Shown one piece after another: positions 55,485-64,000 of a stretch of 64,000 nt of DNA; the stretch's first letter is position 1; each line of letters opens with the position of its first letter. Below the pieces are notes generated by a model that made no database searches, was not told where the DNA came from, and saw nothing but the letters and a program-made list of their open reading frames with translations. This DNA comes from Fidelibacterota bacterium. Lineage in GTDB: Bacteria; Fidelibacterota; Marinisomatia; Marinisomatales; JABMOV01. Location: NCBI GenBank assembly GCA_046861395.1, contig JBHHUC010000002.1, positions 28,677-92,676 of the forward strand, in the 5' to 3' direction. Both the position numbers and the translations under genes were made by a program.

Positions 55485-56753
55485 CTATTGTTGTGCGATC
55501 CATTCGGTGGTCACGGATTTCGGTCTGGTAATGGGAATTCCCAGCGCCCGGTTCACCACCATTTGCGACACCATGCCCATGGCACGGGAAATGCTGAACA
55601 ATACGGTATAGAAACTGAATTCCTTCAAGCCGTAATGATAGAGCAGGGATCCGGAAGCGGCATCCACATTCGGCCAGGGGTTTTTGGCTTTCCCCTGTTC
55701 TTTCAGGACCGGCGGAACGATTTTAAACAGTTTTTGCACGATGGTAAACACCGGATCATCCTTGATATGTTTACTGCCAAAATCCATAAAGGCAGTAAAA
55801 CGAGGATCGGGACACCGCAGAACGGCATGACCGTAGCCGGGAATGACACGTCCGCTGTTGAGACGATCCCAGGTGAACTGAGTCAATTCATCATCGGAAG
55901 GTGCGCCCCCGAAATGATCCCGGATTTCCAGGACGAACTTGAGACATTCCTGATTTGCCAGACCATGCAACGGTCCCGCTAAGCCGTTCAGTCCTGCCGA
56001 CACGGCATAATAAGGATCTGAGAGGGCTGACGCCACGGTCAGGGCACTGAACGCGCTCACATTGCCGCCTTCATGGTCGCAATGAAGCATGAGATATAAG
56101 CGCATGAGTTTTTTCAGCGTACCGTCGGGATCATCAATTCCCAGCATGTGGGCGAAATTTCCGCCCCAGTCCAGATTGGGATCCGGAGCAATGCGGTCAC
56201 CCTTGTCAAAGCGCATACGATAAATTCCGGCCGCCAAACTGGGTAGTTTGGCCACCAGGCGAATTCCGTCCTCCAGAATGGCCTTCCAGTAATCCTGTTT
56301 TGCCAGACCTTCATCATATTGCTTCCGGAAAACTGATTCTCTTTCCATGGACAGAATGGCCGTATTGAACATGGCCATGGGATGGGAATCCTTCGGCATG
56401 GCTGCCATAATATCCCAAACATATTCCGGTACCTGGATATGTTCCGTTAACTGGCGTTGCAGATCCCGGAGGGCTTCCTCGTCGGGGAGATCGCCGATCA
56501 AGAGTAAATAGAATACTTCTTCGGGCAGAATGTGGGTAATCTCAAGCAAGGGATAACCGCGGATGATTAAACCAGTATCCGCTGAAACGGAAGAAGTATC
56601 ACAGGTCAACCCCTTCACGCCGCGCATACCGCCATAGGCCTGGGCAACGGTAACAGAACTGATTTCCTTGCTTCCTTTTTCTTCCAGTATTTGTTTAACC
56701 GTATAACGCCAGTCTGGAATTTTGGTTTTTAACGATTTATTCAGCGTTGTCAC
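55485..56753 (-). CDS. gltA: Citrate synthase
   Basis: 422 aa with the catalytic contexts LMLHCDHEGGN, GPLHGLAN, PGYGHAVLR and a C-terminal D-containing region. Confidence 0.9.
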   Translation of the reverse strand: MTTLNKSLKTKIPDWRYTVKQILEEKGSKEISSVTVAQAYGGMRGVKGLTCDTSSVSADTGLIIRGYPLLEITHILPEEVFYLLLIGDLPDEEALRDLQRQLTEHIQVPEYVWDIMAAMPKDSHPMAMFNTAILSMERESVFRKQYDEGLAKQDYWKAILEDGIRLVAKLPSLAAGIYRMRFDKGDRIAPDPNLDWGGNFAHMLGIDDPDGTLKKLMRLYLMLHCDHEGGNVSAFSALTVASALSDPYYAVSAGLNGLAGPLHGLANQECLKFVLEIRDHFGGAPSDDELTQFTWDRLNSGRVIPGYGHAVLRCPDPRFTAFMDFGSKHIKDDPVFTIVQKLFKIVPPVLKEQGKAKNPWPNVDAASGSLLYHYGLKEFSFYTVLFSISRAMGMVSQMVVNRALGIPITRPKSVTTEWIAQQ

Positions 56754-56797
56754 GATATTCCCCTTATAGTTAGGACCATGATATTCTATGCCCTGGT

Positions 56798-59059
56798 TTA
56801 CGATTTCGTATTAGTTTGTGCATCCAGTACAGTAATAGCGGTCATATTTACGATATCTTCGACCGTACTGGCTGCAAACTGTAGCAAATTTACTGGTTTT
56901 TCCAGGCCCATCAAAATAGGACCTATGGCCGTAGCGCTACCCAGTGACGCCAGGAGTTTGTAGGCAATATTTCCGGCATTCAAATCGGGAAAGACAAGGA
57001 TATTCGCCTCTTTCTGCAATGTGGAAAAGGGGTAATGGCTTCTGAGCATCTCCGTAGTCACCGCCACATCACCATGCATTTCTCCGTCAACGATCAAATC
57101 GGGATCCAGTTCCTTGATCCGGCGGGTGGCTTCTTTCATCTTGCGGGAGTGAGGATGATCGGCCGAACCGAAATTGCTGAAACTGAGGAGGGCGATGCGG
57201 GGAGTAACTCCGAATTTTCGCACCTCACGGGAAGCCAGCATGGCAATCTCCACAATATCTTCGCAGGTGGGATCGATATTGACCGTCACATCGGCCAGGA
57301 ATTTTATCTTATTCTTGAACACCAGAATATACATTCCGGCAACCTTATTGATACCCTTCTGTTTATCCATGACCTGCAGGGCCGGCCGCAGAACATTGCG
57401 AAAATTCTGTGCAATACCCGAGACCAGTCCGTCAGCATCCCCGGTGTGGACCATCATTGCGCCGAAATAGTTGGGACGCTGCATGATGAGTGATGCCCGG
57501 CGACGGGTCACGCCTTTCCGTTGCCGATGGGAATAGATCAATTGTTCATATTTCTTCAGGCGGGCATCCTTGGCGGGATTTATAATTTCAATGCCCTTTA
57601 GATCGGTATGCAATTCTTTGGCCTTCTGCTTGATTAAGCGGGGTTTCCCCAACAGAATTGGACGGGCGATATTTTCACTGGCCAGCTGATGGCAGGCCCG
57701 GATGACCCGTTCCGACTCCCCTTCGGGAAAGACAATACGCTTGGGGTCCTTCTGTGCTTTGTTTATGATACCGCGCATCAATTCGCGTGATTTCCCCAGT
57801 CGTGCTTCCAGATAATCCCGATAGGCATCCACATCGTCGATTGTTTTCTGGGCTACACCTGTTTCCATCGCCGCCTGGGCTACCGCTGCAGCGACGTGGG
57901 TCAGGACGCGGGGATCCAATGGTTTGGGTATGATATAATCAGGACCAAAGGACAATCGTTCAATATTATAGCCCTTTGCCACTTCATCGGGGACATCCAT
58001 TTTGGCCAACTCGGCCAAGGCTCGGGTAGCGGCCATTTTCATTTCCGTATTGATTTTCGTGGCATGGACGTCCAGGGCACCCCGGAAAATGAAAGGAAAT
58101 CCCAGTACATTATTTACCTGATTGGGAAAGTCGGAACGGCCGGTGGCCATAATGATATCACGCCGGACGGCAATTGCATCGTTATAGGTAATCTCCGGAT
58201 CAGGATTTGCCATGGCAATAACGATGGGATTTTCGGCCATGGATTTAATCATATTTTGCGTAACCAGACCACCGACAGACAAACCGATGAACACATCGGC
58301 TCCCGCCATGGCATCGTCAAGGGTCCGGGCCTCCGTATCTATGGCAAATTTTTCCTTATAGGAATTCATTCCCTTTTCCCGGCCCTTGTATATCACACCG
58401 ACACGATCTACCATAGTGACATTTTCCGGTCGCAGGCCGAAACTGATATAATGCCGCACACAGGATTGGGCGGCAGCGCCGGCACCACTGACAACAAGTC
58501 TGACATCCTCAATGTTCTTCCCGACCAGTTCCAGGGCATTGATCAGGGCGGCCGCAGAAATAATAGCCGTTCCGTGCTGATCATCATGAAAAACGGGAAT
58601 ATTCATTTCTTCGACCAGGCGGCGTTCAATTTCAAAACATTCGGGCGCCTTGATATCTTCCAGGTTGATACCGCCGAAGGTAGGCTCCATGCGTTTGACC
58701 GTATCGATAAATTCCTGCGGATCGCTGACATTCAGCTCAATATCGAATACATCAATATCGGCAAACCGCTTAAACAGAACGCCCTTGCCTTCCATGACCG
58801 GCTTACCGGCCAGCGGACCAATATTTCCCAGCCCCAAAACGGCAGTCCCGTTGGTAACAACACCCACCAGGTTCCCCCGGGCCGTATATTCATTGGCCAT
58901 TTGCGGGTCCTTAGCTATTTCCCGACACGGTTCAGCAACTCCGGGTGTATAGGCCAGTGATAAATCCAGTTGTGAAATGGTTGATTTGGTGGCGACCACT
59001 TCAATTTTCCCCGGTCTTCCCTGCCGGTGATAATCCAATGCCTGTTGTTTGGTAATCAT
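56798..59059 (-). CDS. maeB: NADP-dependent malic enzyme with a C-terminal phosphotransacetylase-like domain
   Basis: 753 aa with [20 protein letters not shown] and GAGAAA, plus a PTA-like C-terminal half. Confidence 0.9.
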   Translation of the reverse strand: MITKQQALDYHRQGRPGKIEVVATKSTISQLDLSLAYTPGVAEPCREIAKDPQMANEYTARGNLVGVVTNGTAVLGLGNIGPLAGKPVMEGKGVLFKRFADIDVFDIELNVSDPQEFIDTVKRMEPTFGGINLEDIKAPECFEIERRLVEEMNIPVFHDDQHGTAIISAAALINALELVGKNIEDVRLVVSGAGAAAQSCVRHYISFGLRPENVTMVDRVGVIYKGREKGMNSYKEKFAIDTEARTLDDAMAGADVFIGLSVGGLVTQNMIKSMAENPIVIAMANPDPEITYNDAIAVRRDIIMATGRSDFPNQVNNVLGFPFIFRGALDVHATKINTEMKMAATRALAELAKMDVPDEVAKGYNIERLSFGPDYIIPKPLDPRVLTHVAAAVAQAAMETGVAQKTIDDVDAYRDYLEARLGKSRELMRGIINKAQKDPKRIVFPEGESERVIRACHQLASENIARPILLGKPRLIKQKAKELHTDLKGIEIINPAKDARLKKYEQLIYSHRQRKGVTRRRASLIMQRPNYFGAMMVHTGDADGLVSGIAQNFRNVLRPALQVMDKQKGINKVAGMYILVFKNKIKFLADVTVNIDPTCEDIVEIAMLASREVRKFGVTPRIALLSFSNFGSADHPHSRKMKEATRRIKELDPDLIVDGEMHGDVAVTTEMLRSHYPFSTLQKEANILVFPDLNAGNIAYKLLASLGSATAIGPILMGLEKPVNLLQFAASTVEDIVNMTAITVLDAQTNTKS

Positions 59060-59184
59060 GTTAAATCCTTCGTTTTTACAGCGGCTAATTTACCAGTTTT
59101 TTCTGCCCTGAATCGAGTAAATCAGGATTAATTTATCTTGTTTAATCATCTTTTTCGGAATCGTGAACCTCTGTATTTTTCCCC

Positions 59185-59835
59185 ATGCCTCTTCCTTCCC
59201 ATATTCGTCACGCCTGGCGTTCCCAGCGGGTACCGCTGGCACTGGCTTTGGTGCTGGTCCTGCTCCTGATTCTTTCACCGGAAGAAAAAACCATTGGCTG
59301 GATCATTAAACTGGTCTATGTTCATGTTGCTCTCATCTGGGTCGGAACAACCGGTTATGCCTTATTATTCATTGTCACGGTGTTGTCCCTGTTTTCTTCC
59401 CGCCGCGATTGTACCTACGATCTCAGGATAATTCATGGACTGACATTCGGAATCTATGCCATGGGTGTCTTGCTCAGCATGGCGGCGGCTACGGCAGCCT
59501 GGGGATCCGTCAGCTGGACCGAACCGTTAATGCAGATTTCCCTGACAACGTTGGCCCTGTCCTTAACCTCCTGTTTTCTTCAGTGGGGACTGAATCACCG
59601 GTTCACATTCCTTGTAAATGTATTCCCCGGATTATATCTGTTCTGGGCCACCGCCGCCAATCGTTACGTCCTCCATCCCAATCATCCCATCACGGAGGGA
59701 ACACCTCTCACCATGAAACTGACGTTTTACTGTTCCGCTATCATTTTCCTGGTATCGGCAATCTGGATCTGGCATCGTTTCCGGCCCGAATCCGATCCTC
59801 CCGGTCAGAATCGCCGGAACAGAAATCCGGAATAA
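59185..59835 (+). CDS. Hypothetical polytopic membrane protein
   Basis: 216 aa with about 6 hydrophobic helices. A W-G-x-x-x-W segment (AAWGSVSWTEP) and His in predicted helices (VYVHVALIW, HPNHP) are faintly reminiscent of haem-handling CcmC/CcsA proteins. Its 3-prime end overlaps the convergent DUF1015 gene by 31 nt. Confidence 0.4.
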   Translation: MPLPSHIRHAWRSQRVPLALALVLVLLLILSPEEKTIGWIIKLVYVHVALIWVGTTGYALLFIVTVLSLFSSRRDCTYDLRIIHGLTFGIYAMGVLLSMAAATAAWGSVSWTEPLMQISLTTLALSLTSCFLQWGLNHRFTFLVNVFPGLYLFWATAANRYVLHPNHPITEGTPLTMKLTFYCSAIIFLVSAIWIWHRFRPESDPPGQNRRNRNPE

Positions 59836-61010
59836 ACTTTCGGAAAAAAGTACGTCGATTTCTGCGGCATCGTCCGTCGTCGTCCTGCCATTTCAAACAC
59901 TTGTGATAAGGAAGGTGGCCGGATCAGTCCCAACCATGTAAAATCGCCCTGACGAATGAAATCCATCGGATCGGATGTTCCGCGCAAATATGAGATATGG
60001 GCCAATCCCTCCGGTGTTGTCGTATCCAACTGAAACCCTTGGGGCAATACGGTGTGATGAAATATCGTCACATCAAGATCATCTGAGGATGACTTGGGCG
60101 TTAACACCCAAGCCTGTTGGCTGGGGCCGTACACTAACCCAACTCTGGTGGCATCGTGCTTTAAAAACGCAGTCGCTTCCGAAATGTCCGATACAGGTTC
60201 CACCGGCATGACGGTGCGCAATCGTTCAATTACAATTTGAGGTGCCAGATCGGAATTGATAATTCTATGGGTCGGCAACACCTGCATCCCCGGATCATTG
60301 GCATTCACCAGAGTAACCATAACCCGGTCACTTCCCTTAATATCAGGATGCTCTCTGAAATACCGTAAGGCCGTCTGGTACCGGTGATGTCCGTCGGCGA
60401 TGATGGCCGGGGTCCGACCCAGAACGGTCTGGAGATGATGGATGTTGGATGCGGAACGAATCGCCCAGACCCTATACCGGACGTCGTCAAGGGTAAAATC
60501 CATTTCCGGGGGCTCGGAACGGCAGGCGGCATGCAAGGTTTCCACGGCCCGACTATCATCCTGATAACTCATGAAAATCTGTCCCGTGTTGGCGCGGGTT
60601 GCCGTCATGAGCCGGAAACGATCCGTTACATGCTTGGGAATGGTTTCTTCGTGAGGCAGGATTCCTGTCCCCATGGGTTCCAGCGCAATTTCACACACGA
60701 TTCCGGTACGACGATAGGTTTGATCCTGAATATCAAATGTTTGTTCCAGAATATAAATGGCAGGATGTTCATCCCAGTTCAGGATATTTTCATCAATCCA
60801 GCGGTCCAGATACGCAGCGGCCCGGTGATATTTTTCCGCTTCCGGTCCGTCGGGAAGGATGATGTGAGCAAAATGGTAGGGTGAGCGTTTCCCCAGCTTT
60901 TCCCGGTCGGAGGCTGAAACAACATCATAGGGCGGTGATACAACGGTGGCCAGATCCGTAATACGCCGGGGATTGTAACGCCAGGCGGAAAAAGGATAAA
61001 TGGCGGGCAT
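59805..61010 (-). CDS. DUF1015 domain protein
   Basis: 401 aa. The N-terminus IYPFSAWRYNP...VVSPPYDVVS and the internal ADGHHRY are typical of DUF1015. Confidence 0.8.
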   Translation of the reverse strand: MPAIYPFSAWRYNPRRITDLATVVSPPYDVVSASDREKLGKRSPYHFAHIILPDGPEAEKYHRAAAYLDRWIDENILNWDEHPAIYILEQTFDIQDQTYRRTGIVCEIALEPMGTGILPHEETIPKHVTDRFRLMTATRANTGQIFMSYQDDSRAVETLHAACRSEPPEMDFTLDDVRYRVWAIRSASNIHHLQTVLGRTPAIIADGHHRYQTALRYFREHPDIKGSDRVMVTLVNANDPGMQVLPTHRIINSDLAPQIVIERLRTVMPVEPVSDISEATAFLKHDATRVGLVYGPSQQAWVLTPKSSSDDLDVTIFHHTVLPQGFQLDTTTPEGLAHISYLRGTSDPMDFIRQGDFTWLGLIRPPSLSQVFEMAGRRRTMPQKSTYFFPKVYSGFLFRRF

Positions 61011-61015
61011 GAATC

Positions 61016-61744
61016 TTATTTATACCATTCGGAAGTAATGATGGACTGAGCCCGCTCCAGATCTTCCTTGAAATCCACTTCAATACAGGGATATTGGGTG
61101 ACATCCTCGTAATAAATATCATGCTCTGACAGAAGATTGTGGATTCCGGCTTCAAAATAATCGGCTGTTCCACCGGAGGTAATCAAACGGTCCAGGGAGG
61201 ATTGAAACGCCCTACCGAATTCACCGGAAAATTTCGCCACACCGATGAATTCGCCCAGGGCATTTTCCTGGATCAGTTCCTTCCCGATCGCCACAATCCG
61301 GTTGCCATCGCCGGCCACAACTTTTACTTCTTCCCGGCCACAAGGTTTGATTTCCACTGCCAGGGCGGAATCAAATTGCGACTGAACGACTTTTTTCAAT
61401 AATCGTTGCGGATAAACAACGTCCCCGTTCATCAGTAAGAATTGACCATTGATCACGTCGGGAAGCGCCAGTTGCACCGAATAGGCCGTGTTGGTCTCAA
61501 AATAATGATGATTAATGACAGCTGTGATATTCAGGTTGGAATAGTACCGGTTTATATGTTCCAGGATTTTCTCACGGAAATAACCTAGGACGATGGTAAT
61601 ATCGTGGATTCCCAACTCACGCAGGGCATCAAGCTGATAGTTCAGGATGGGTTTTTTACCTACCTGCAACAGGCATTTCGGTTGCTGGTAAGTCAGTGGG
61701 TATAACCGGCGACTGACACCGGCGGCTAATATTAATGCTTTCAT
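61016..61744 (-). CDS. Nucleotidyltransferase (NTP_transferase fold, LicC/sugar- or alditol-phosphate cytidylyl/uridylyl-transferase-like)
   Basis: 242 aa with the N-terminal signature MKALILAAGVSRRLYPLTYQQPKCLL. The substrate is not assignable. Confidence 0.7.
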   Translation of the reverse strand: MKALILAAGVSRRLYPLTYQQPKCLLQVGKKPILNYQLDALRELGIHDITIVLGYFREKILEHINRYYSNLNITAVINHHYFETNTAYSVQLALPDVINGQFLLMNGDVVYPQRLLKKVVQSQFDSALAVEIKPCGREEVKVVAGDGNRIVAIGKELIQENALGEFIGVAKFSGEFGRAFQSSLDRLITSGGTADYFEAGIHNLLSEHDIYYEDVTQYPCIEVDFKEDLERAQSIITSEWYK

Positions 61745-61778
61745 GATGGGGGCGAAATTACATCCATTCCGGCGTATT

Positions 61779-62870
61779 TCATACAGACGACACCATCGAT
61801 TTGACGTCCGTCAATAATCGTTCCGATGCTTTTCCATCCAAACGGTATAAGTATGTTCCAACCGCTTCCTTCCTTTTTTCGGCCAACGGATCATCGCCGG
61901 CCAGCCGCCTGGTACACTCCGCTTCCAGTGATTCACTGTTTCGACAAGAGTACACGAAATCCACGGCATTAAATCGTTGATGATCCAGCCGTTTTTCCAG
62001 TAAAAAGGGAAATAGCCGGTGTTTAAAGCGCGGCGTGAACAATTCAGTCTGAATGATGGGTTTGCCTACGGCCAGGTATTCGAATAAGGTGGAGGAAATA
62101 TCGGTGACCAGGAGATCGGAATGATGATAGGCCGGAAGTATATTATAGCATGAGTATGGCAGAAGCTTGAGGCGGGGATTTTTTTCCGCAGCCTTCCGAG
62201 CCAGACGGATATGATGCCGATATTTCCGCTTGGTCCAGCTGAACTGATGCAATTTCACCAGGATGTTTGCCGCCAGGGAAAAAGTTGCAAGGCGGGGAAT
62301 GACCCGTTCTACCGAGGAGGGATAAAATGTCGGGGCATATAAGATGGTGGGCAGTCCCGGTTCCGGTTCCATATCGGGCGGAAGGGTTAAAATGGCCGCT
62401 GATTGTTTTTTCTCCCAGGCCAGGGGATCCAGTTTGGTAAAACCGGCCAGTACTTTTCGACATGACAGGTTTTCCAAAACAGACAGACGGTCCGGCGATT
62501 CTACGACCAGTACATCGATGCGGGAATGGATGTCCGTATAATAGGACTGTTTCAAACCGATGCCGTGATAGATCATGATGACCCGGGCCCGGGATGTGAC
62601 AATCGCCGCTAAATCTGTTTTATTACCGACAAAGATCAGATCATAATTTAGGCGCCGCAGTTCCGCCTGACGCTGGGTTTCGGACGATGCCGTTATCACG
62701 GGAAAATCATGGCGTTTACATTCGGCCCGGAAAATATCGAATTCAGCTTTGGAAACACGCTGCGAAAGCGAAACCTCAATCGTGGCCCATCCCTGTTCCC
62801 GTAGCGTGAGCATGACGGGAAGAAACTGGGGCAGGTAATAGAGATGCTGGAGATGGAACAGGGCTTTCAT
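61779..62870 (-). CDS. CDP-glycerol/alditol-phosphate glycerophosphotransferase-family protein (TagF-like), paralogue 1
   Basis: 363 aa with ILYAPTF...(donor loop) and TDISSTLFEYLAVGKPII, typical of the Glyphos_transf family. Confidence 0.7.
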   Translation of the reverse strand: MKALFHLQHLYYLPQFLPVMLTLREQGWATIEVSLSQRVSKAEFDIFRAECKRHDFPVITASSETQRQAELRRLNYDLIFVGNKTDLAAIVTSRARVIMIYHGIGLKQSYYTDIHSRIDVLVVESPDRLSVLENLSCRKVLAGFTKLDPLAWEKKQSAAILTLPPDMEPEPGLPTILYAPTFYPSSVERVIPRLATFSLAANILVKLHQFSWTKRKYRHHIRLARKAAEKNPRLKLLPYSCYNILPAYHHSDLLVTDISSTLFEYLAVGKPIIQTELFTPRFKHRLFPFLLEKRLDHQRFNAVDFVYSCRNSESLEAECTRRLAGDDPLAEKRKEAVGTYLYRLDGKASERLLTDVKSMVSSV

Positions 62871-63892
62871 CGGGAAAAGATTTGGCGCACCTGTCGCTTT
62901 TGAATCCAGTTCGGACGCTTGGGACGCAGTCCCTGCAATTCGTTGTTGCGGTAAATGGATTTCACCGTTTCAATGACCCGCCGGGAAGATTGATGATCGG
63001 TATAGGGATGCAGGTCCTCCCGATAGAATTGGCGACGATGATGAAATTCATCCGGATCCTCAAGACTGCGGATGATGGCGCCGAACAGGTCATCCGGTGT
63101 ATCGATATCCAGTCCCTTATCCTTCCTTACCCGGGCCTGATAGGTAATAATGGGCCGGTCCAACAGGAGGTATTCATACACCACGGAAGACGTATCGGAA
63201 ATCATGATATCGGCGGCGGCCATGAGGGGCAGAATATCCGGTTCATGCCACAGGATCAGGTTGGGATGGTGAGTGTTTTCCACTTTACGCACAAAATCCC
63301 GGTCCATTAAATCATGAAATTTGAATACCCACTGAAACGGTTTGTCCAGAATATTTTTGATGGCCGGCCATAGCGGTTGGGCCGAAGAATAGCGGGGACT
63401 GAATGTAGGCGCAAAAAGGATGAGGGGGCGTTCGGGATCAAATCCCAGATCCGCTTTCGCCTGAACAACCGTTTTACCCTCATCAATCCGGTCCAGTTTG
63501 GCCCAACCTGTTTCACGAACCAGAAAATGGTTATGCCGCCGGGCCAGTTGCTGGAATTTTTGCGTCATGTAAGGTCCCGGAGTACAATATACATCGAAGA
63601 AATTCGTAATTCGGTAATGCCCCCGTTTTTCCTCCCCCAGACCGTGAAAGAGCTGGACTTTCATCCCGGGCCAGAAATGGGGAACAACATTGCCCGGGAC
63701 CAGGATGGCATCGGGCTGATATTCCGTCACTTCGGCATTGGAACGCATGACCTTTCTATCATGAGGAGCGGTGGCAATATTTTTGCTTAAAAAATAATAT
63801 ACATCATCGGTATCGGTGTCCGCCAGGTAGTGATAGAGCGGTTCAAGAATTGAAAAGGAATACGGTTTGGTAACCAGCAGAATAAAACGCAT
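62867..63892 (-). CDS. TagF-like glycerophosphotransferase-family protein, paralogue 2
   Basis: 341 aa with LILFAPTF and SDTSSVVYEYLLLDRPII. Overlaps paralogue 1 by 4 nt. Confidence 0.7.
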   Translation of the reverse strand: MRFILLVTKPYSFSILEPLYHYLADTDTDDVYYFLSKNIATAPHDRKVMRSNAEVTEYQPDAILVPGNVVPHFWPGMKVQLFHGLGEEKRGHYRITNFFDVYCTPGPYMTQKFQQLARRHNHFLVRETGWAKLDRIDEGKTVVQAKADLGFDPERPLILFAPTFSPRYSSAQPLWPAIKNILDKPFQWVFKFHDLMDRDFVRKVENTHHPNLILWHEPDILPLMAAADIMISDTSSVVYEYLLLDRPIITYQARVRKDKGLDIDTPDDLFGAIIRSLEDPDEFHHRRQFYREDLHPYTDHQSSRRVIETVKSIYRNNELQGLRPKRPNWIQKRQVRQIFSR

Positions 63893-63902
63893 AATTGCCC
63901 TG

Positions 63903-64000
63903 GTTATTGCGGCATATGCATGACAATGGAATCTCTGATTCGCTCCGACGCCTTACCGTCCAGTTTGTATAACATGGCTTCCTTTAATTGATTCCGTAAT
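63903..64000 (-). CDS. C-terminal end of a third TagF-like paralogue (gene continues past the right edge)
   Basis: Manual translation gives ...LRNQLKEAMLYKLDGKASERIRDSIVMHMPQ*. It parallels the C-terminus of paralogue 1 (..YLYRLDGKASERLLTDVKS..). Confidence 0.45.

Noticed and set aside
57896-58960. 354-aa plus-strand ORF inside maeB
   Set aside because: It is antisense to a strongly supported malic enzyme gene, and its composition (G/R/H/I-rich, no motifs) indicates a shadow ORF. The same reasoning applies to 57035-57493 and 58650-58952.
1-64000. CRISPR arrays, rRNA genes, prophage or defence-system genes
   Set aside because: Reading the intergenic regions found no regularly spaced direct repeats, no rRNA-like sequence, and no integrase, restriction-modification, toxin-antitoxin or phage structural genes. 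The only mobile element is the decayed ISL3 copy.

Overview
This 64-kb window is about 90% coding, mostly on the minus strand. It looks like an uncultured FCB-superphylum-type diderm bacterium. The evidence is several T9SS C-terminal sorting domains, a PorV/PorQ-like outer-membrane protein, and TonB-dependent receptors with CarboxypepD_reg N-termini. Shine-Dalgarno sites are visible. The taxon call is inference only. No GC, BLAST or HMM computation was possible; every call rests on reading the ORF translations and DNA by eye and on recalled family motifs.

Layout:
(1) 1-17.2 kb is a tightly packed, single-strand copper/silver island. It carries cusC-cusB-cusA, a PII-like gene, an AraC regulator with an HMA-like CxxC domain, an orphan nqrD-nqrE pair, and copA. 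A string of uncharacterised proteins follows: secreted or membrane proteins that are Met-, His- or Cys-rich, two YHS/HMBD-domain proteins and one DUF302 protein. The island ends with a DUF2231 fusion, small proteins and a partial sodC at the left edge.
(2) 17.6-18.9 kb is a decayed ISL3 element with roughly 30-bp inverted repeats. An orphan T9SS-tail gene fragment and tRNA-Pro/tRNA-His follow it.
(3) 19.6-31 kb is housekeeping: lptF/G-like, thymidine phosphorylase, PBP1A, class I fumarase, korAB, yhhQ and dCMP deaminase.
(4) 31-39.9 kb holds a PD40 protein and a translationally coupled trio of TonB receptor, 1038-aa T9SS protein and PorV-like protein, plus a LamG/T9SS protein.
(5) 40-44.9 kb is a TonB receptor/HmuY-like cluster with TetR and two unknown membrane proteins.
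(6) 45-52 kb is a complete suf operon with an Rrf2 regulator.
(7) 52-64 kb holds S8 and M14 peptidases, citrate synthase, maeB, DUF1015, and a nucleotidyltransferase with three TagF-like paralogues.

The best candidate for something new is the stand-alone NqrD/NqrE pair. All four Fe-S-ligating cysteines are conserved and no nqrA/B/C/F is nearby. It is embedded among metal-binding periplasmic proteins of the copper island, which suggests a minimal transmembrane electron conduit recruited to envelope copper/thiol redox. That is a hypothesis and has not been demonstrated.
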